DNA of 64,000 bases from Thermoplasmata archaeon (GCA_052326305.1 JBKQPJ010000015.1:35208-99207); one strand, 5' to 3'. Shown: positions 53,088 through 62,834, counted from the stretch's first letter. The notes: a model not told the origin generated them from the sequence alone. Numbers and translations: made by a program.

Positions 53088-54187
53088 CCCGGCATGGGTA
53101 CCACGTCCGGGGCGAGTATGGAAGGCACCGGGGCCGGCGAGCTCGGCAGGATCCAGCCCGGGAAGATGGGGGTGAACGCACCGCCCGCGCTCAGGATCGC
53201 GCTCCCCTGCGGAGAGAGGAGCAGGTGAAGGAACGCGAGGCCGAGGGTCGGGTTGGGGGCGTCGTACGGCACGGTGACGGCGAACACGACCGGGGCCGCG
53301 TGGACGGCCGTCGTACCGCCGGTGGACGTCTCGATCGTGGTCGCCAGGCCGTGGTAGTAGGAGAGCGCCGTCGAATTGTTCGCCCCGAGACCGACGATCG
53401 GATTGAACGAGACGAAGCTCAGGTGGTTCGCGACCGCGTACGACCGGTAGGTGATCACCGCGGAGACGGTGCCTTTCGCGATCAGCGAGGCGGCCGCCGA
53501 CTCGTGCTCGGGGAGGATGAGGCTCGGGTTGGAGATCGGTCGGGCCAACCGCCAGGGGGAGTTCGAGTAGAAGTGGCTGTAGACCGAGAGGTTGCTACCG
53601 TTGTAGATCTCGCCCTGAAGCTCCAGGCTGAAGATCTCGTTGTAGCCGTTCGGGTCGGTCGAAGCGTTCCAGACGCCGAACGGAGCGGCGCCGCCCGATA
53701 TCGCGTTGACGAGCTTCCAACCCCAGTTGGAGGTGTTGATCCCATCGAAGGCGGTGAGGATCGGGTTGTACGCGAGCACCTCCGGCGTCATTCCGAACGC
53801 CACCTCAAAGCCGGTGTACTGGGGCTCGAGGTCCTGGGGGATCAGGCGGAAGTCGGCGACCGCCGCCACGTCGGCCTTGGCGGCGGATCCCGTGAAGGCG
53901 TTCACGACGTCGAGCGATCCTTCGTAATCCTGGGCCGCGACCGGGGCGGTGATCCCCGGGGTCTCGTTCACGAGGAGGCTGGCGAGGCTCGGGAAGAGGC
54001 CCACCGGCTGGCCCGAGGGGAGGTCGTGGCCGCCGAGGGTGCCGGCCGCGAGGATCGAGAGCGTCGAGTTGGCGACCGTGGAGGAGGACGCCGCGGCATG
54101 GTAGTGCCCTACGAAGTAGCCCACGCCCCCCGCTCCGGCTCCGACCACGACGACGACCACGACCCACGCTAGGGTTTTGGCGAGCAT
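53063..54187 (-). CDS. Periplasmic-type substrate-binding protein of the ABC transporter, anion (molybdate/tungstate-like) binding, with N-terminal TM anchor
   Basis: MLAKTLAWVVVVVVVGAGAGG is the anchor. It is Ser/Thr/Asn-rich with several N-X-S/T sequons. Assignment rests on operon position with the permease and ATPase. Confidence 0.65.
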   Translation of the reverse strand: MLAKTLAWVVVVVVVGAGAGGVGYFVGHYHAAASSSTVANSTLSILAAGTLGGHDLPSGQPVGLFPSLASLLVNETPGITAPVAAQDYEGSLDVVNAFTGSAAKADVAAVADFRLIPQDLEPQYTGFEVAFGMTPEVLAYNPILTAFDGINTSNWGWKLVNAISGGAAPFGVWNASTDPNGYNEIFSLELQGEIYNGSNLSVYSHFYSNSPWRLARPISNPSLILPEHESAAASLIAKGTVSAVITYRSYAVANHLSFVSFNPIVGLGANNSTALSYYHGLATTIETSTGGTTAVHAAPVVFAVTVPYDAPNPTLGLAFLHLLLSPQGSAILSAGGAFTPIFPGWILPSSPAPVPSILAPDVVPMPGWASALLP

Positions 54188-54239
54188 CGATGTGCCATAA
54201 TGACACATCGGATAACGGCTTGGGGGGGGGCCTCGGGCG

Positions 54240-54695
54240 CTAGAGCTCCCCGCGGCGGCCCGCGGGCGCGTAGCGCCAGTAGACCTTCCCGATCAGCTTC
54301 TCGACCGGCACCGGTCCGAACCTCCGGCTGTCTCGGGCCGGCCCGGGGGCGTCCGATGCGACGAGCACCATCCCCGGCGGGGCCTCCGGGGAGGGGTGGC
54401 CGATGTCGGTGAGATCCGGCCCCGAGGGGACGGATCCCGGCCCGACGGCCGCGACCCGTTTCACGAGCCATCGGGTGGGCGCTTCGGGGTCGACGAGCAC
54501 CACCAGGTCCCCGACCCTCGGTCCCCGGTTCCGGTACGCCCGCCGGTCCACCAGGAGCCGGTCGCCCGGTCGAAGCGTCGGCCACATGCTCTCGTCGTGC
54601 ACCACGACGCGTTGCCTCCACCACCACCGTACGCGGCGGGGGACCTCCGCCGCCGTGCCCGCCACCGCTCGGGCGGCGGCGTTGGCGTCCGGCAT
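54240..54695 (-). CDS. sodX: Ni-SOD maturation protease SodX (S26/S24 signal-peptidase-like)
   Basis: HDESMWPTLRPGDRLLVD...GDLVVL...WLVKRVAA is the Ser/Lys peptidase signature. It is divergent from sodN. I place the start at the ATG at 54695, an internal Met of ORF 54240..55067. Confidence 0.65.
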   Translation of the reverse strand: MPDANAAARAVAGTAAEVPRRVRWWWRQRVVVHDESMWPTLRPGDRLLVDRRAYRNRGPRVGDLVVLVDPEAPTRWLVKRVAAVGPGSVPSGPDLTDIGHPSPEAPPGMVLVASDAPGPARDSRRFGPVPVEKLIGKVYWRYAPAGRRGEL

Positions 54696-54725
54696 CTTTA
54701 TCCTACCTCCGTGGCTCGCGGGGAC

Positions 54726-55259
54726 ATGTCCGTCCGCGACACATCCCGCGCGCTCGTAGAACGTCTCCGGGACGCCGTGCATCCCCCCCATCCCGTCTAC
54801 GCCCATTGCGACATCCCGTGCGGCATCTACGACCCCCACGAGGCCCAGATCTCGGCGCTGACCGTCCTGCGGATGGACCAGCTGATCGCGGAGCTTCCCG
54901 CGCCTGCGGCCGACGCGAAGCCGGAAGACCGCGCGACGTACGTTTCGAAGCTGGCCCGCTACGGCGCGGTCAAGGAGTCCCACGCGGAGCGGGTGAAGGC
55001 CGAGGTCCGGGTCATCTGGGGCGATTACTTCACCCCGGATCACGCGAAGCAGTTCCCCCATCTCCACGAGCTCACCTGGAAGATCCTGAAGCAGGCGTCG
55101 AAGGCCCGCCAGGGGACCACGCTCGCGGACGCCCAGGAACTGCTGAAGCTCGTCCAGGAGTTCTCGGAACTGTTCTGGCAGTCCAAGGGAGCGAAGACCC
55201 GTCGGCAGCCGTCGCTGCAGAAGTCGGGCGGCGACCTCGTCGTCCCGATCCCGGCCTGA
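54726..55259 (+). CDS. sodN: Nickel-containing superoxide dismutase precursor
   Basis: A 26 aa propeptide is followed by HCDIPCGIYDP (the Ni-hook). Downstream, WGDYFTPDHAKQFPHLHELTWKILKQAS and LFWQSK align with Streptomyces NiSOD. Confidence 0.8.
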   Translation: MSVRDTSRALVERLRDAVHPPHPVYAHCDIPCGIYDPHEAQISALTVLRMDQLIAELPAPAADAKPEDRATYVSKLARYGAVKESHAERVKAEVRVIWGDYFTPDHAKQFPHLHELTWKILKQASKARQGTTLADAQELLKLVQEFSELFWQSKGAKTRRQPSLQKSGGDLVVPIPA

Positions 55260-55302
55260 CGTCGTTCGAGACCTTCGCCCCCGTCATCGGCCTTCGGAAA
55301 CG

Positions 55303-56832
55303 ATGACCGAGACGCTCCCGCTCGACGGCCGGTCGCTGACCCTCGAGCAGTTCCTCGCCGTAGTGCGCCAGGGCTGCGGGGTCTCGCTGCTGCCCGAGGC
55401 GCTCGGGGCCGTCGCCGCGGGCGGGCGAGCGGTCGAACGGGCCGTGGCCTCCGGCCGACCCGTGTACGGCGTCACGACGGGGTTCGGGGCGTTCTCCGAT
55501 CGGACCATCCCGACCGACCGCTCCCGGGAGCTCCAGCTCTCCCTCGTTCGGAGCCACGCCTGCGGCACCGGACCTCCCCTCGCGCGCGACGTCGTCCGCG
55601 GGATGCTCCTTCTGCGCCTCAACTCCCTCCTCCGGGGCGTCTCCGGCGTCCGACCGGCGCTGGTGGAACGCCTCGCCGACCTCCTGAATCGGGGCCTCGT
55701 CCCCTGGATCCCCGAGCAGGGGTCGGTCGGCGCCTCCGGGGACCTGGCGCCGCTCGCGCACCTCGCGCTGGCCCTCATCGGGGAGGGCGCGTTCCTCGGG
55801 CCGAGATCGTCCGACCCGGAGCCGGCCCGCGACGTGCTCGCTCGGGAGGGCCTCCCGCCGATCTCGCTCGTGGAGAAGGAAGGGGTCGCGCTCCTGAACG
55901 GCACGTCGCTGATGGCGTCGTACCTCGCCCTCGCGGTCGCGGACGCCCGGGAGCTGCTCTCCGCGGCCACGATCGCGTGCGCCCTCTCGTTCGACGCGCT
56001 GGAGGGCGACCCGGAGTCCCTCGACGATCGCCTCGGCGAGGTGCGCAACTCGCCCGAGCAGCGACAGAGCGCCCGATCGATGCGGGTGCTGCTCGAGCGG
56101 AGCGAGCTCGCCGCGCCCCGGACGGCCTGGAAGGGCCAGGACCCGTACACGCTCCGCTGCATCCCCCAGGTCCTCGGCGCCGTTCGGCTCGGGACGGAGC
56201 TGGCCGAGGGGGTCGCCTCCCGCGAACTGAACGCGGTGACCGACAATCCGCTGGTGTTCGAGGGGGACCAGTTCGTGAACGGCGGGAACTTCCACGGCCA
56301 GCCGCTCGCCTTTGCCCTCGACGCGCTGGCGCTGAGCGTTCAGTACATCTCCGGATTCGCCGAACGCCGGGTCGCCCGGATCCTTCACCCCGCCCTGAAC
56401 CGGGGTCTCCCCGCCTTCCTGGCGCCCGAGCCGGGGATCAGCTCGGGGTTCATGATCCTCCAGTACCTGGCGGCGGCCCTCGTGAACGAGAACGCGACCC
56501 TCGTGCACCCGGCCAGCGGCACGAGCCTATCGACCTCGGCCGACCAGGAGGATTTCGTCAGCATGGGGGCCTGGGCCGGCGCGAAGTTGTTCCGGATGCT
56601 CGAGAACGCGCGTCGGGTGGTCGCGGTCGAGTGGATCGTGGCCGGCCAGGCGCTCGAGCTCCGCCGGCCCCGCTCGGGGGGGCGCGGCAGCGAGGCTGCG
56701 GTCCGCTCGTTGCGGGCGAGGGTCGCCCCGTGGTCGCACGACCGCAGCCCGGCGCCCGACGTCGCGCGCGTCGCCCAGGCGATCGCCGACGGCACCCTGG
56801 TCGGCGAGGTGCGGGCGGCGGTGCCGTTCTAG
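55303..56832 (+). CDS. hutH: Histidine ammonia-lyase
   Basis: GSVGASGDLAPLAHL contains the MIO-forming ASG triad and matches the aromatic amino acid lyase family signature. Confidence 0.85.
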   Translation: MTETLPLDGRSLTLEQFLAVVRQGCGVSLLPEALGAVAAGGRAVERAVASGRPVYGVTTGFGAFSDRTIPTDRSRELQLSLVRSHACGTGPPLARDVVRGMLLLRLNSLLRGVSGVRPALVERLADLLNRGLVPWIPEQGSVGASGDLAPLAHLALALIGEGAFLGPRSSDPEPARDVLAREGLPPISLVEKEGVALLNGTSLMASYLALAVADARELLSAATIACALSFDALEGDPESLDDRLGEVRNSPEQRQSARSMRVLLERSELAAPRTAWKGQDPYTLRCIPQVLGAVRLGTELAEGVASRELNAVTDNPLVFEGDQFVNGGNFHGQPLAFALDALALSVQYISGFAERRVARILHPALNRGLPAFLAPEPGISSGFMILQYLAAALVNENATLVHPASGTSLSTSADQEDFVSMGAWAGAKLFRMLENARRVVAVEWIVAGQALELRRPRSGGRGSEAAVRSLRARVAPWSHDRSPAPDVARVAQAIADGTLVGEVRAAVPF

Positions 56833-57503
56833 GACGAGTGGATCACCGCGGCGGCCCCCGGCTCGGCGGCCTTGGGGAAGCGCACCGACTGCCCGCAGCT
56901 GGGGCAGCCGTACTCGGCGAGACCGCGGTGGCGGAGCGGGGTACGGCATTTCGGGCACGGGATCGGGCGTGACGTCACGTAGGCGGCGAACAGTTCCTGC
57001 GACCGCCGGTCGGTCCCGGGCTCCGCGGCCCGGGGCGGATCGACGGCGGTGGTGGGAGGCTCCGGGGCAGGGAGTACGGGGGCCTTCTCCGAGGAGAGTC
57101 GCCCGCACTCGGGGCAGACCGCCAGCTTGCCCGACCCGGTAGAGATCAGCGGGATGTGGCAGGAAGGACAGAGGATCTTCAGCGTGGTCCCCCGTAGGAC
57201 CGGCGGCGGCGCCGGGGGGGCCGCCCGGGGCTCCGCCGTCGGTGCCGGCGGGGGGCTCGGAGCGTCCGCGGTAGGGGCCGGAGGAGGCGGCAGGGGACGC
57301 TTCCAACGCACCAGCCGGCGGCTCGGTTCGTAGACGATCTGAGAATCGGCCCGGGCGAGCTCGTGCGCGAGCAGCTTCTCGGTCTTCCGTTCGCGCCAGG
57401 AGAGCGCGGCCGCGAGTCCCGGGACGCTCGTCACCCCGAGCGTACGGACGGTGGTCCGGAGTCGCTCATGCTCCTCTGCCGAACGGCCGAAAATCGATAC
57501 CAT
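56829..57503 (-). CDS. Double zinc-ribbon protein, hypothetical
   Basis: CPSCHIPL...CPECGRL and CPKCRTPL...CPSCGQSV are separated by a Pro/Ala-rich linker. Confidence 0.45.
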   Translation of the reverse strand: MVSIFGRSAEEHERLRTTVRTLGVTSVPGLAAALSWRERKTEKLLAHELARADSQIVYEPSRRLVRWKRPLPPPPAPTADAPSPPPAPTAEPRAAPPAPPPVLRGTTLKILCPSCHIPLISTGSGKLAVCPECGRLSSEKAPVLPAPEPPTTAVDPPRAAEPGTDRRSQELFAAYVTSRPIPCPKCRTPLRHRGLAEYGCPSCGQSVRFPKAAEPGAAAVIHSS

Positions 57504-57769
57504 CGGAGCTTCCTCCGACGCCGCGGCAAAAGAACCTATCGTTCAACGCGAACCGAAGGGAGGCACCGGCCGGATTCCCCGACCCAGTGGACGAAGCCGT
57601 CGGGGAGGGCTCGGCCGGTGCCCATGGCCGCTGGGGGAGCTTGCCGGCCGCCCAAAAAGGCCCGGGGGCCGCTGAACGGTGGGCGATGGGGCGTCGAGCC
57701 GGCCCCCTCCGTCGGTTGCTTCATTACCTCCCGGCGAGGTACATTACTGGGTCGTCAACGGAGAGCGGC

Positions 57770-58255
57770 ATGCCCGAACCTGCGCGCGCCCGCGGTGTTC
57801 CCGAGCGCCTCGCCCCAACTCCGGCATCCGAGCCCGCGATCCTCATCGGGGCGAACGAGGACCACCGGCGGATGCTTCGGGGGCTGCTCCTGATGCACCA
57901 TCAATCGATCGCGCTCGAAGCCTCGTCGCTCGAGGAGGTGCCCCAACTCCCCGCCGACGCGAAGGCACGCACCCTCGTCTTCGTCGCCCCCCGGGACGAC
58001 GCCCGGTGGGCGGACGACCTGCGCGGGACCCTCGTCGCGCGCCCCGAGCTCCACGCCCTCGTGCTCCTCCCCCTCGACAAAGCGTCGGTCCGGTCGTCGG
58101 CGGCGCGGGCGGGGGCCCGGGCCATCCTGAGCCAGCCGTTCACGAGCCGGGAGTTCCTCGAAGCGCTCGACAGCCTGGGCGCGGACGCGCCTCGACCGCG
58201 TCGGCGCGCCTCGGCCCGGCGCCCCTCCGGTACCCGTAAGTTGCGGGAAGGCTAG
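57770..58255 (+). CDS. Single-domain receiver-like (CheY-like, degenerate) protein
   Basis: AILIGANEDHRRMLRGLLLMHH...TLVFVAP...ALVLLPLD resembles a REC fold. I take the ATG at 57770 as start. Confidence 0.4.
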   Translation: MPEPARARGVPERLAPTPASEPAILIGANEDHRRMLRGLLLMHHQSIALEASSLEEVPQLPADAKARTLVFVAPRDDARWADDLRGTLVARPELHALVLLPLDKASVRSSAARAGARAILSQPFTSREFLEALDSLGADAPRPRRRASARRPSGTRKLREG

Positions 58256-58264
58256 CGCCGGGTC

Positions 58265-59674
58265 GTGCCGGAGGCGTCTTCCCTCCCCCTCGAGCGGGCG
58301 GTCCGCGGTCGGGTGCGGGTCGACCCGGCCTCCCTGCGGGCCCTCGGTCACGACGAATCCCACCTGGCCGGCGCTCCGCGGGCGATCGTCGCTCCCAAGG
58401 ATGCCGAGGACGTCGCGGCTCTGATCGGCTGGGCGCGCTCGCACCGCGTCCCGCTCGTGCCCCGCGGCGGGGGAACGTCGCTGGACGGGGAGTCGGTTCC
58501 GGAGGACGGAGGGATCGTCGTCGATATGTCGGAATGGTCGGAGGTCGGGGAGGTCTCCGCCGACGATCGATGGGCCCGGGTCGGGCCCGGGGTCGTCAAC
58601 CTCTCCCTTCAGGGCGCGGTTCGGCCCCACGGTCTGTTCTTCCCGCCGAACCCGGGGTCCTGGACGCGCTCCACGATCGGCGGGAACGTGGCCACCAACG
58701 CCTCCGGACCGCGCTCGTTCCGCTACGGGGCGACGCGGGGGTGGGTCCGCGAGCTCGAGGTCGTCCTCGGGAACGGCGGGCGCCTGCGCCTCGGAACCCG
58801 GTGCGCGAAGCGGTCGCTCGGTCCCGATCTTCTCTCCCTGATCGTCGGGAGCGAAGGGACCCTGGGGATCGTGACGGAGGTCACGGTGAAGCTGGCCCCG
58901 CTCCCGCCCGTCCGACGCGGCCTGGTCGTGCCGATCCCCGAGGGGACCCGCCTCGGCGCGCTCGCCGCCCGGCTGGCGAACGCCCCGATCGGCGGGCTTG
59001 CCGCGGTCGAGTACATCGACCGGGCCTGCGCGCAGGCGCTCTCCCAGGACGGCCGACCGATCGGACCGGAGGGCGCAGCCTGGTTGCTCCTCGAGCTCGA
59101 GGCGGCCGATCCCGCCGAGGCCGAACGCCGGACGGCCCACCTCGCCCGCGAGCTCGCCTCCGCCGGACTCCCCGCGGCGCCGGTCCCGTTCGACGACGCC
59201 GACGAGCTGTGGACGCGGCGCGGCGAGAGCAGCGTCGCCCTCGATCGCCGGCTCGGTCACCGGATCCGCGAGGACATCGCCGTGCCGGTCCGCCGGGTGG
59301 ACGAGCTATTGGCGGACCTCGCCCGCATCTCCGAGGAGGAACGGGTCCCGATGTTCCTCTTCGCCCATCTCGGCGAGGGGAGCCTCCATCCCAACTTCGC
59401 GGTGGACCCGACGACCCCCGCCGCCGGTCGGATCCGCGAACGTACGCTGCTCGCGGCGCTCGCGCTCGGCGGGACGATCAGCTCCGAGCACGGGATCGGC
59501 CGTCTCAAGCGTCCGTTCGTGGAGCGCGAGCTCGGGAGCGTCGCGGTCGCCTGGCTTGGGTCGGTGAAGCGATGGTGCGACCCCGACGGGATCCTGAACC
59601 CGGGGAAACTGTATCCACCGTCTCGAGGCGACGAACGATCTTCTCGGTCGCCCTCGGCAGCGGAAGTCTCCTGA
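58265..59674 (+). CDS. FAD-linked oxidase (GlcD / D-lactate dehydrogenase family)
   Basis: It has an FAD-binding PCMH domain (VAPKDAEDVAALIGWARSHRVPLVPRGGGTSLDG) and a C-terminal FAD-oxidase_C. Confidence 0.8.
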   Translation: MPEASSLPLERAVRGRVRVDPASLRALGHDESHLAGAPRAIVAPKDAEDVAALIGWARSHRVPLVPRGGGTSLDGESVPEDGGIVVDMSEWSEVGEVSADDRWARVGPGVVNLSLQGAVRPHGLFFPPNPGSWTRSTIGGNVATNASGPRSFRYGATRGWVRELEVVLGNGGRLRLGTRCAKRSLGPDLLSLIVGSEGTLGIVTEVTVKLAPLPPVRRGLVVPIPEGTRLGALAARLANAPIGGLAAVEYIDRACAQALSQDGRPIGPEGAAWLLLELEAADPAEAERRTAHLARELASAGLPAAPVPFDDADELWTRRGESSVALDRRLGHRIREDIAVPVRRVDELLADLARISEEERVPMFLFAHLGEGSLHPNFAVDPTTPAAGRIRERTLLAALALGGTISSEHGIGRLKRPFVERELGSVAVAWLGSVKRWCDPDGILNPGKLYPPSRGDERSSRSPSAAEVS

Positions 59675-60707
59675 GCTCCTCGCGCCGGACCCAGCGGCGG
59701 TTCCCGGGCAGCGACCCCGGGGGCGTACCGTGGAACCGGCCCCGGAACACGTGGAGCTCGACCGAGAAGTGGCTGTACGACTGGCGCACCACGCCGATCG
59801 GAGCCAGCCGACGGACCCGGAAGCCCGTCTCCTCCGCCAGCTCGCGACGGGCGGCCCTCTCGGGCGGCTCGCCGGGTCCGATCTTGCCGCCGGGGAACTC
59901 CCAGAGACCTCCCAGCAGGCCCCGAGGAGGTCGGCGCTGGAGGAGCCAGCGGCCGCCCGGGTCGACGAGCACGACCACTGCCGCCCTCACGTGGGGTCGG
60001 GGAGGTCGTCGGGCACGGTGGGGCAGGGTGCCCGGGTCCGCGAGCTCGTGGCGGGCCCGGCAGGCGAACGCCACGGGGCAGGTCCCGCACCGCGGGGCGA
60101 CGGGCGTGCAGACGGTCTCGCCGAGCTCCATGACGGCCTCGTTGAACTCTCCGGGCCGGCGCGGCGGCAGAAGTTCGACGAGCGTGCGCTCGAGTCGGTC
60201 CCGGACGGGGGCGGACGCTAGGTCCCCCTCCTCGCGGGTCCAACGTGCCGCGACGCGCAGGCCGTTCGCCTCGAGCGCGACGACCGGTCGATCGAACGCC
60301 AGGCTCGCGATCGCGCGCGCGATGTAGGGCCCTACACCGGGGAGGCGCTCGAGTTCCTCGACGGTGTCGGGAAGCGCTCCCTTCCGCTCGGCCACGAGGA
60401 TCCTCGCCGACGCGTGGAGGTGGCGGGCCCGTGCGTAGTAACCGGCGCCCTCCCACGCCTTGAGAACCTGCGACAGGGGGGCGTCGGCGAGCGCCCGGAC
60501 GCTCGGGAACCGGCCGACGATCCGTTCGAAGTAGGGGATCGCCTGGGCGACCCGGGTCTGCTGCAGCAGCGCCTCGGCTACCCAGATGCGGTACGGGTCC
60601 CGGTCCCGGCGCCACGGGAGCGGGCGCGCGTGGCGCGCGAACCAGCGGAGCAGCGCGGTCGGGATCTTGGGGGCGGAGGCCGCCGCCGGAGAGGCCCGCC
60701 CGACCAT
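59505..60707 (-). CDS. mutY: A/G-specific adenine DNA glycosylase MutY (HhH-GPD + 4Fe-4S + NUDIX-like C-terminus)
   Basis: LLQQTRVAQAIPYF, LPGVGPYIARAI, the Cys cluster CTPVAPRCGTCPVAFAC, and C-terminal GLWEFPGGKI...ELAEETG are present. The 3' end overlaps the convergent oxidase gene by 170 bp. Confidence 0.8.
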   Translation of the reverse strand: MVGRASPAAASAPKIPTALLRWFARHARPLPWRRDRDPYRIWVAEALLQQTRVAQAIPYFERIVGRFPSVRALADAPLSQVLKAWEGAGYYARARHLHASARILVAERKGALPDTVEELERLPGVGPYIARAIASLAFDRPVVALEANGLRVAARWTREEGDLASAPVRDRLERTLVELLPPRRPGEFNEAVMELGETVCTPVAPRCGTCPVAFACRARHELADPGTLPHRARRPPRPHVRAAVVVLVDPGGRWLLQRRPPRGLLGGLWEFPGGKIGPGEPPERAARRELAEETGFRVRRLAPIGVVRQSYSHFSVELHVFRGRFHGTPPGSLPGNRRWVRREELRRLPLPRATEKIVRRLETVDTVSPGSGSRRGRTIASPTQARRPRRSRARAPRTDA

Positions 60708-60733
60708 CGAGGGGTCGCCAGACGAAGGTCATG

Positions 60734-60742
60734 CTTAAAACA
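60734..60742 (+). promoter_or_regulatory. TATA box (CTTAAAACA) for thioredoxin
   Basis: It sits about 30 bp upstream of the GTG at 60768. Confidence 0.45.
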
Positions 60743-60767
60743 GGGGACGAGTTCGAATCGCCGCGGG

Positions 60768-61148
60768 GTGGTTCAGCTGACGGGCCGGTCGGAATTGGTG
60801 CGCGTCGATGACGCGACGTTCGATGCCGAGGTGATCCGATCGCCGGTGCCGGTGGTGGTCGATTTCTACGCCGATTGGTGCGCACCGTGCCGGGTCGCCG
60901 AGCCGGTGCTCCTCGAGCTCTCGAACCGCCTGGCGGGGAAGATCAAGTTCGCCCGGGTCAACGTCGACGAGGCCACGGTCGTCACGCAATCGTTCGGCAT
61001 CCAATCGATCCCCACGTACCTCTTCGTGGCCTCGGGCACCGAGCGCGGTCGGGAGATCGGTCCGCTCGACCCGGTGGCGATCCGCGCGATGCTGAAGCGC
61101 TACTTCCCCGCCCGATCGGCTAGTGGCGGAACACCCGCCACCCGGTGA
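60768..61148 (+). CDS. trxA: Thioredoxin
   Basis: VPVVVDFYADWCAPCRV is the CxxC active site, and the product spans about 126 aa. GTG start inside track ORF 60414..61148. Confidence 0.8.
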   Translation: MVQLTGRSELVRVDDATFDAEVIRSPVPVVVDFYADWCAPCRVAEPVLLELSNRLAGKIKFARVNVDEATVVTQSFGIQSIPTYLFVASGTERGREIGPLDPVAIRAMLKRYFPARSASGGTPATR

Positions 61149-62688
61149 AGTACATCGCCATCCCATGCCGCTCGGCGGCCTCGATCGCATCGGGGTCGCG
61201 CACGCTCCCGCCCGGCTGAAGGACCGCGCGGACCCCAGCGCGGCCGGCGACCTCGAGCCCGTCGGCGAACGGGAAGAACGCATCGGAAGCGAGCACCGAG
61301 CCGCGGGCACTCTCGCCTGCGACCTCGACCGCGAGTTCGGCGGCCTTCACGCGGGTCGGCTGCCCGGAGCCGATCCCGACCGTCCGGGTGCCCCGCGCGA
61401 GGACGATCGCGTTCGACTTGGCATGCCGCACGACGCGCCAGGCGAACTCGAGGGTGCCGCGCTCCTCGGGCGACGCGGCCCGCGAGGTGACGAGGCGGAA
61501 CTCCTCGGGAGCGAGCTGGCGGCGGTCCGCCTCCTGCAGGAGGAGGCGTCCGAACGCGCTCTTCGCCTCCCATCGCGGAATCGTCGGGTCGGGCGGGTCG
61601 GCGCGGACGAGCCGGATCTTCGGCCGGCGACCGAGGTGCTCGAGGGCGAGCGCGTCGAAGGCGGGGGCCGCGAGGAGGTCGACGAACACCCCGTGGAGCG
61701 TCGTCGGGTCGTCCGGGCCCAGGGGGCGGTTGACGGCGATCGCGCACCCGTACCGCGCGACCGGGTCGGTCGCGATCGCGCCCTCGAGCGCTTCGCGGAT
61801 CGTCCCCGCTGTCGCCACGCCGCAGGGGGTCGCGTGCTTCACGACCGCGGCCGTGGGCTCCGAGAACTCGGCGACGATCCCCAGCGCGGTGTCCAGGTCG
61901 AGGAGGTTCGTGAACGAGAGGCCGTTCCCCTTGAGGAGGTCGACCGGCGCGGGGGTGAGCCCGGAGCCCCCCGGGAGGACCCCTCCGAAGACGGCGGCGG
62001 CCTGGTGGGGGTTCTCCCCGTACCGGAGCGTCATGGGCTCCCGGCGGAAGAGCAGCTGCGCGGGGAACGGTTCGGTCGGCCCGAGGGGGGTCCGGAGGCC
62101 GAACGCGATCGCGGCGTCGTACTCGGTGCACCGCTCGAACGCCCGAACGGCCAGGTGTCGGCGCGTCCCGGCCGAGACCGTGCCGTCGTGGCCCCCGAGC
62201 TCCTCGAGGAAGGGTCCGTACTCGGCCGGGTCGGTCAGCACCGCGACGTCCGCGTGGTTCTTGGCCGCGGCGCGGGCGAGCGTCACCCCGCCGATGTCGA
62301 TGAACTCCTCCCGATCGGGGGCGCGAGGGGCCTCGGCCAGGTGCTGCTCGAACGGGTAGAAGTTCACGACGACCAGATCGAACGGCAGAAGGCCCCGTTC
62401 GGCGAGCTCCCGCCGTCCGGCGTCGGTCCGCGGGGCGAGAACGCCCCCGAGGATCCCCGGGTGGAGGGTCTTGATCCGGCCCCCGAACCACGATCCGATG
62501 CCCGTGAGCTCCTCGGCCGCGCGGACGGTGTAGGCGCCTCCCCCGAGACCGCGGCGGGTCCCCTCCGTCGCCCAGAGCTCGACCCGCGCCTCGGCGAGGC
62601 CCTGGGCCAGCGTCGCGAGCCCGGTCTTATCGTGGACCGATAGGAGCGCGCGCCGGATCGGTGCCCACCGCTCCTCCGCCGGCGTCAC
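61120..62688 (-). CDS. purH: Bifunctional AICAR transformylase / IMP cyclohydrolase
   Basis: ALLSVHDKTGL near the N-terminus, the MGS-like domain, and a C-terminal AICARFT region are present. The GTG start at 62688 gives a normal PurH N-terminus. The track ORF extends to 62904. Confidence 0.85.
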   Translation of the reverse strand: MTPAEERWAPIRRALLSVHDKTGLATLAQGLAEARVELWATEGTRRGLGGGAYTVRAAEELTGIGSWFGGRIKTLHPGILGGVLAPRTDAGRRELAERGLLPFDLVVVNFYPFEQHLAEAPRAPDREEFIDIGGVTLARAAAKNHADVAVLTDPAEYGPFLEELGGHDGTVSAGTRRHLAVRAFERCTEYDAAIAFGLRTPLGPTEPFPAQLLFRREPMTLRYGENPHQAAAVFGGVLPGGSGLTPAPVDLLKGNGLSFTNLLDLDTALGIVAEFSEPTAAVVKHATPCGVATAGTIREALEGAIATDPVARYGCAIAVNRPLGPDDPTTLHGVFVDLLAAPAFDALALEHLGRRPKIRLVRADPPDPTIPRWEAKSAFGRLLLQEADRRQLAPEEFRLVTSRAASPEERGTLEFAWRVVRHAKSNAIVLARGTRTVGIGSGQPTRVKAAELAVEVAGESARGSVLASDAFFPFADGLEVAGRAGVRAVLQPGGSVRDPDAIEAAERHGMAMYFTGWRVFRH

Positions 62689-62834
62689 TCCTCGTACCCC
62701 TGCACGGGAGGGGAGGCCCAAGATAAGAACGGCGGGCGGGCCGGCGCGGCGGGCGGTCTCCCGCCGAGTCGAAGCACGCCCGAAACCATACGAATAAATA
62801 CCGGGAACCGGGCTAGTGACAATTCTCTCTGACG

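Noticed and set aside
60741-60754. gagttcgaatcgcc resembles a tRNA T-loop.
   Set aside because: No acceptor or anticodon stems can be formed. It lies in the thioredoxin promoter or 5' region.
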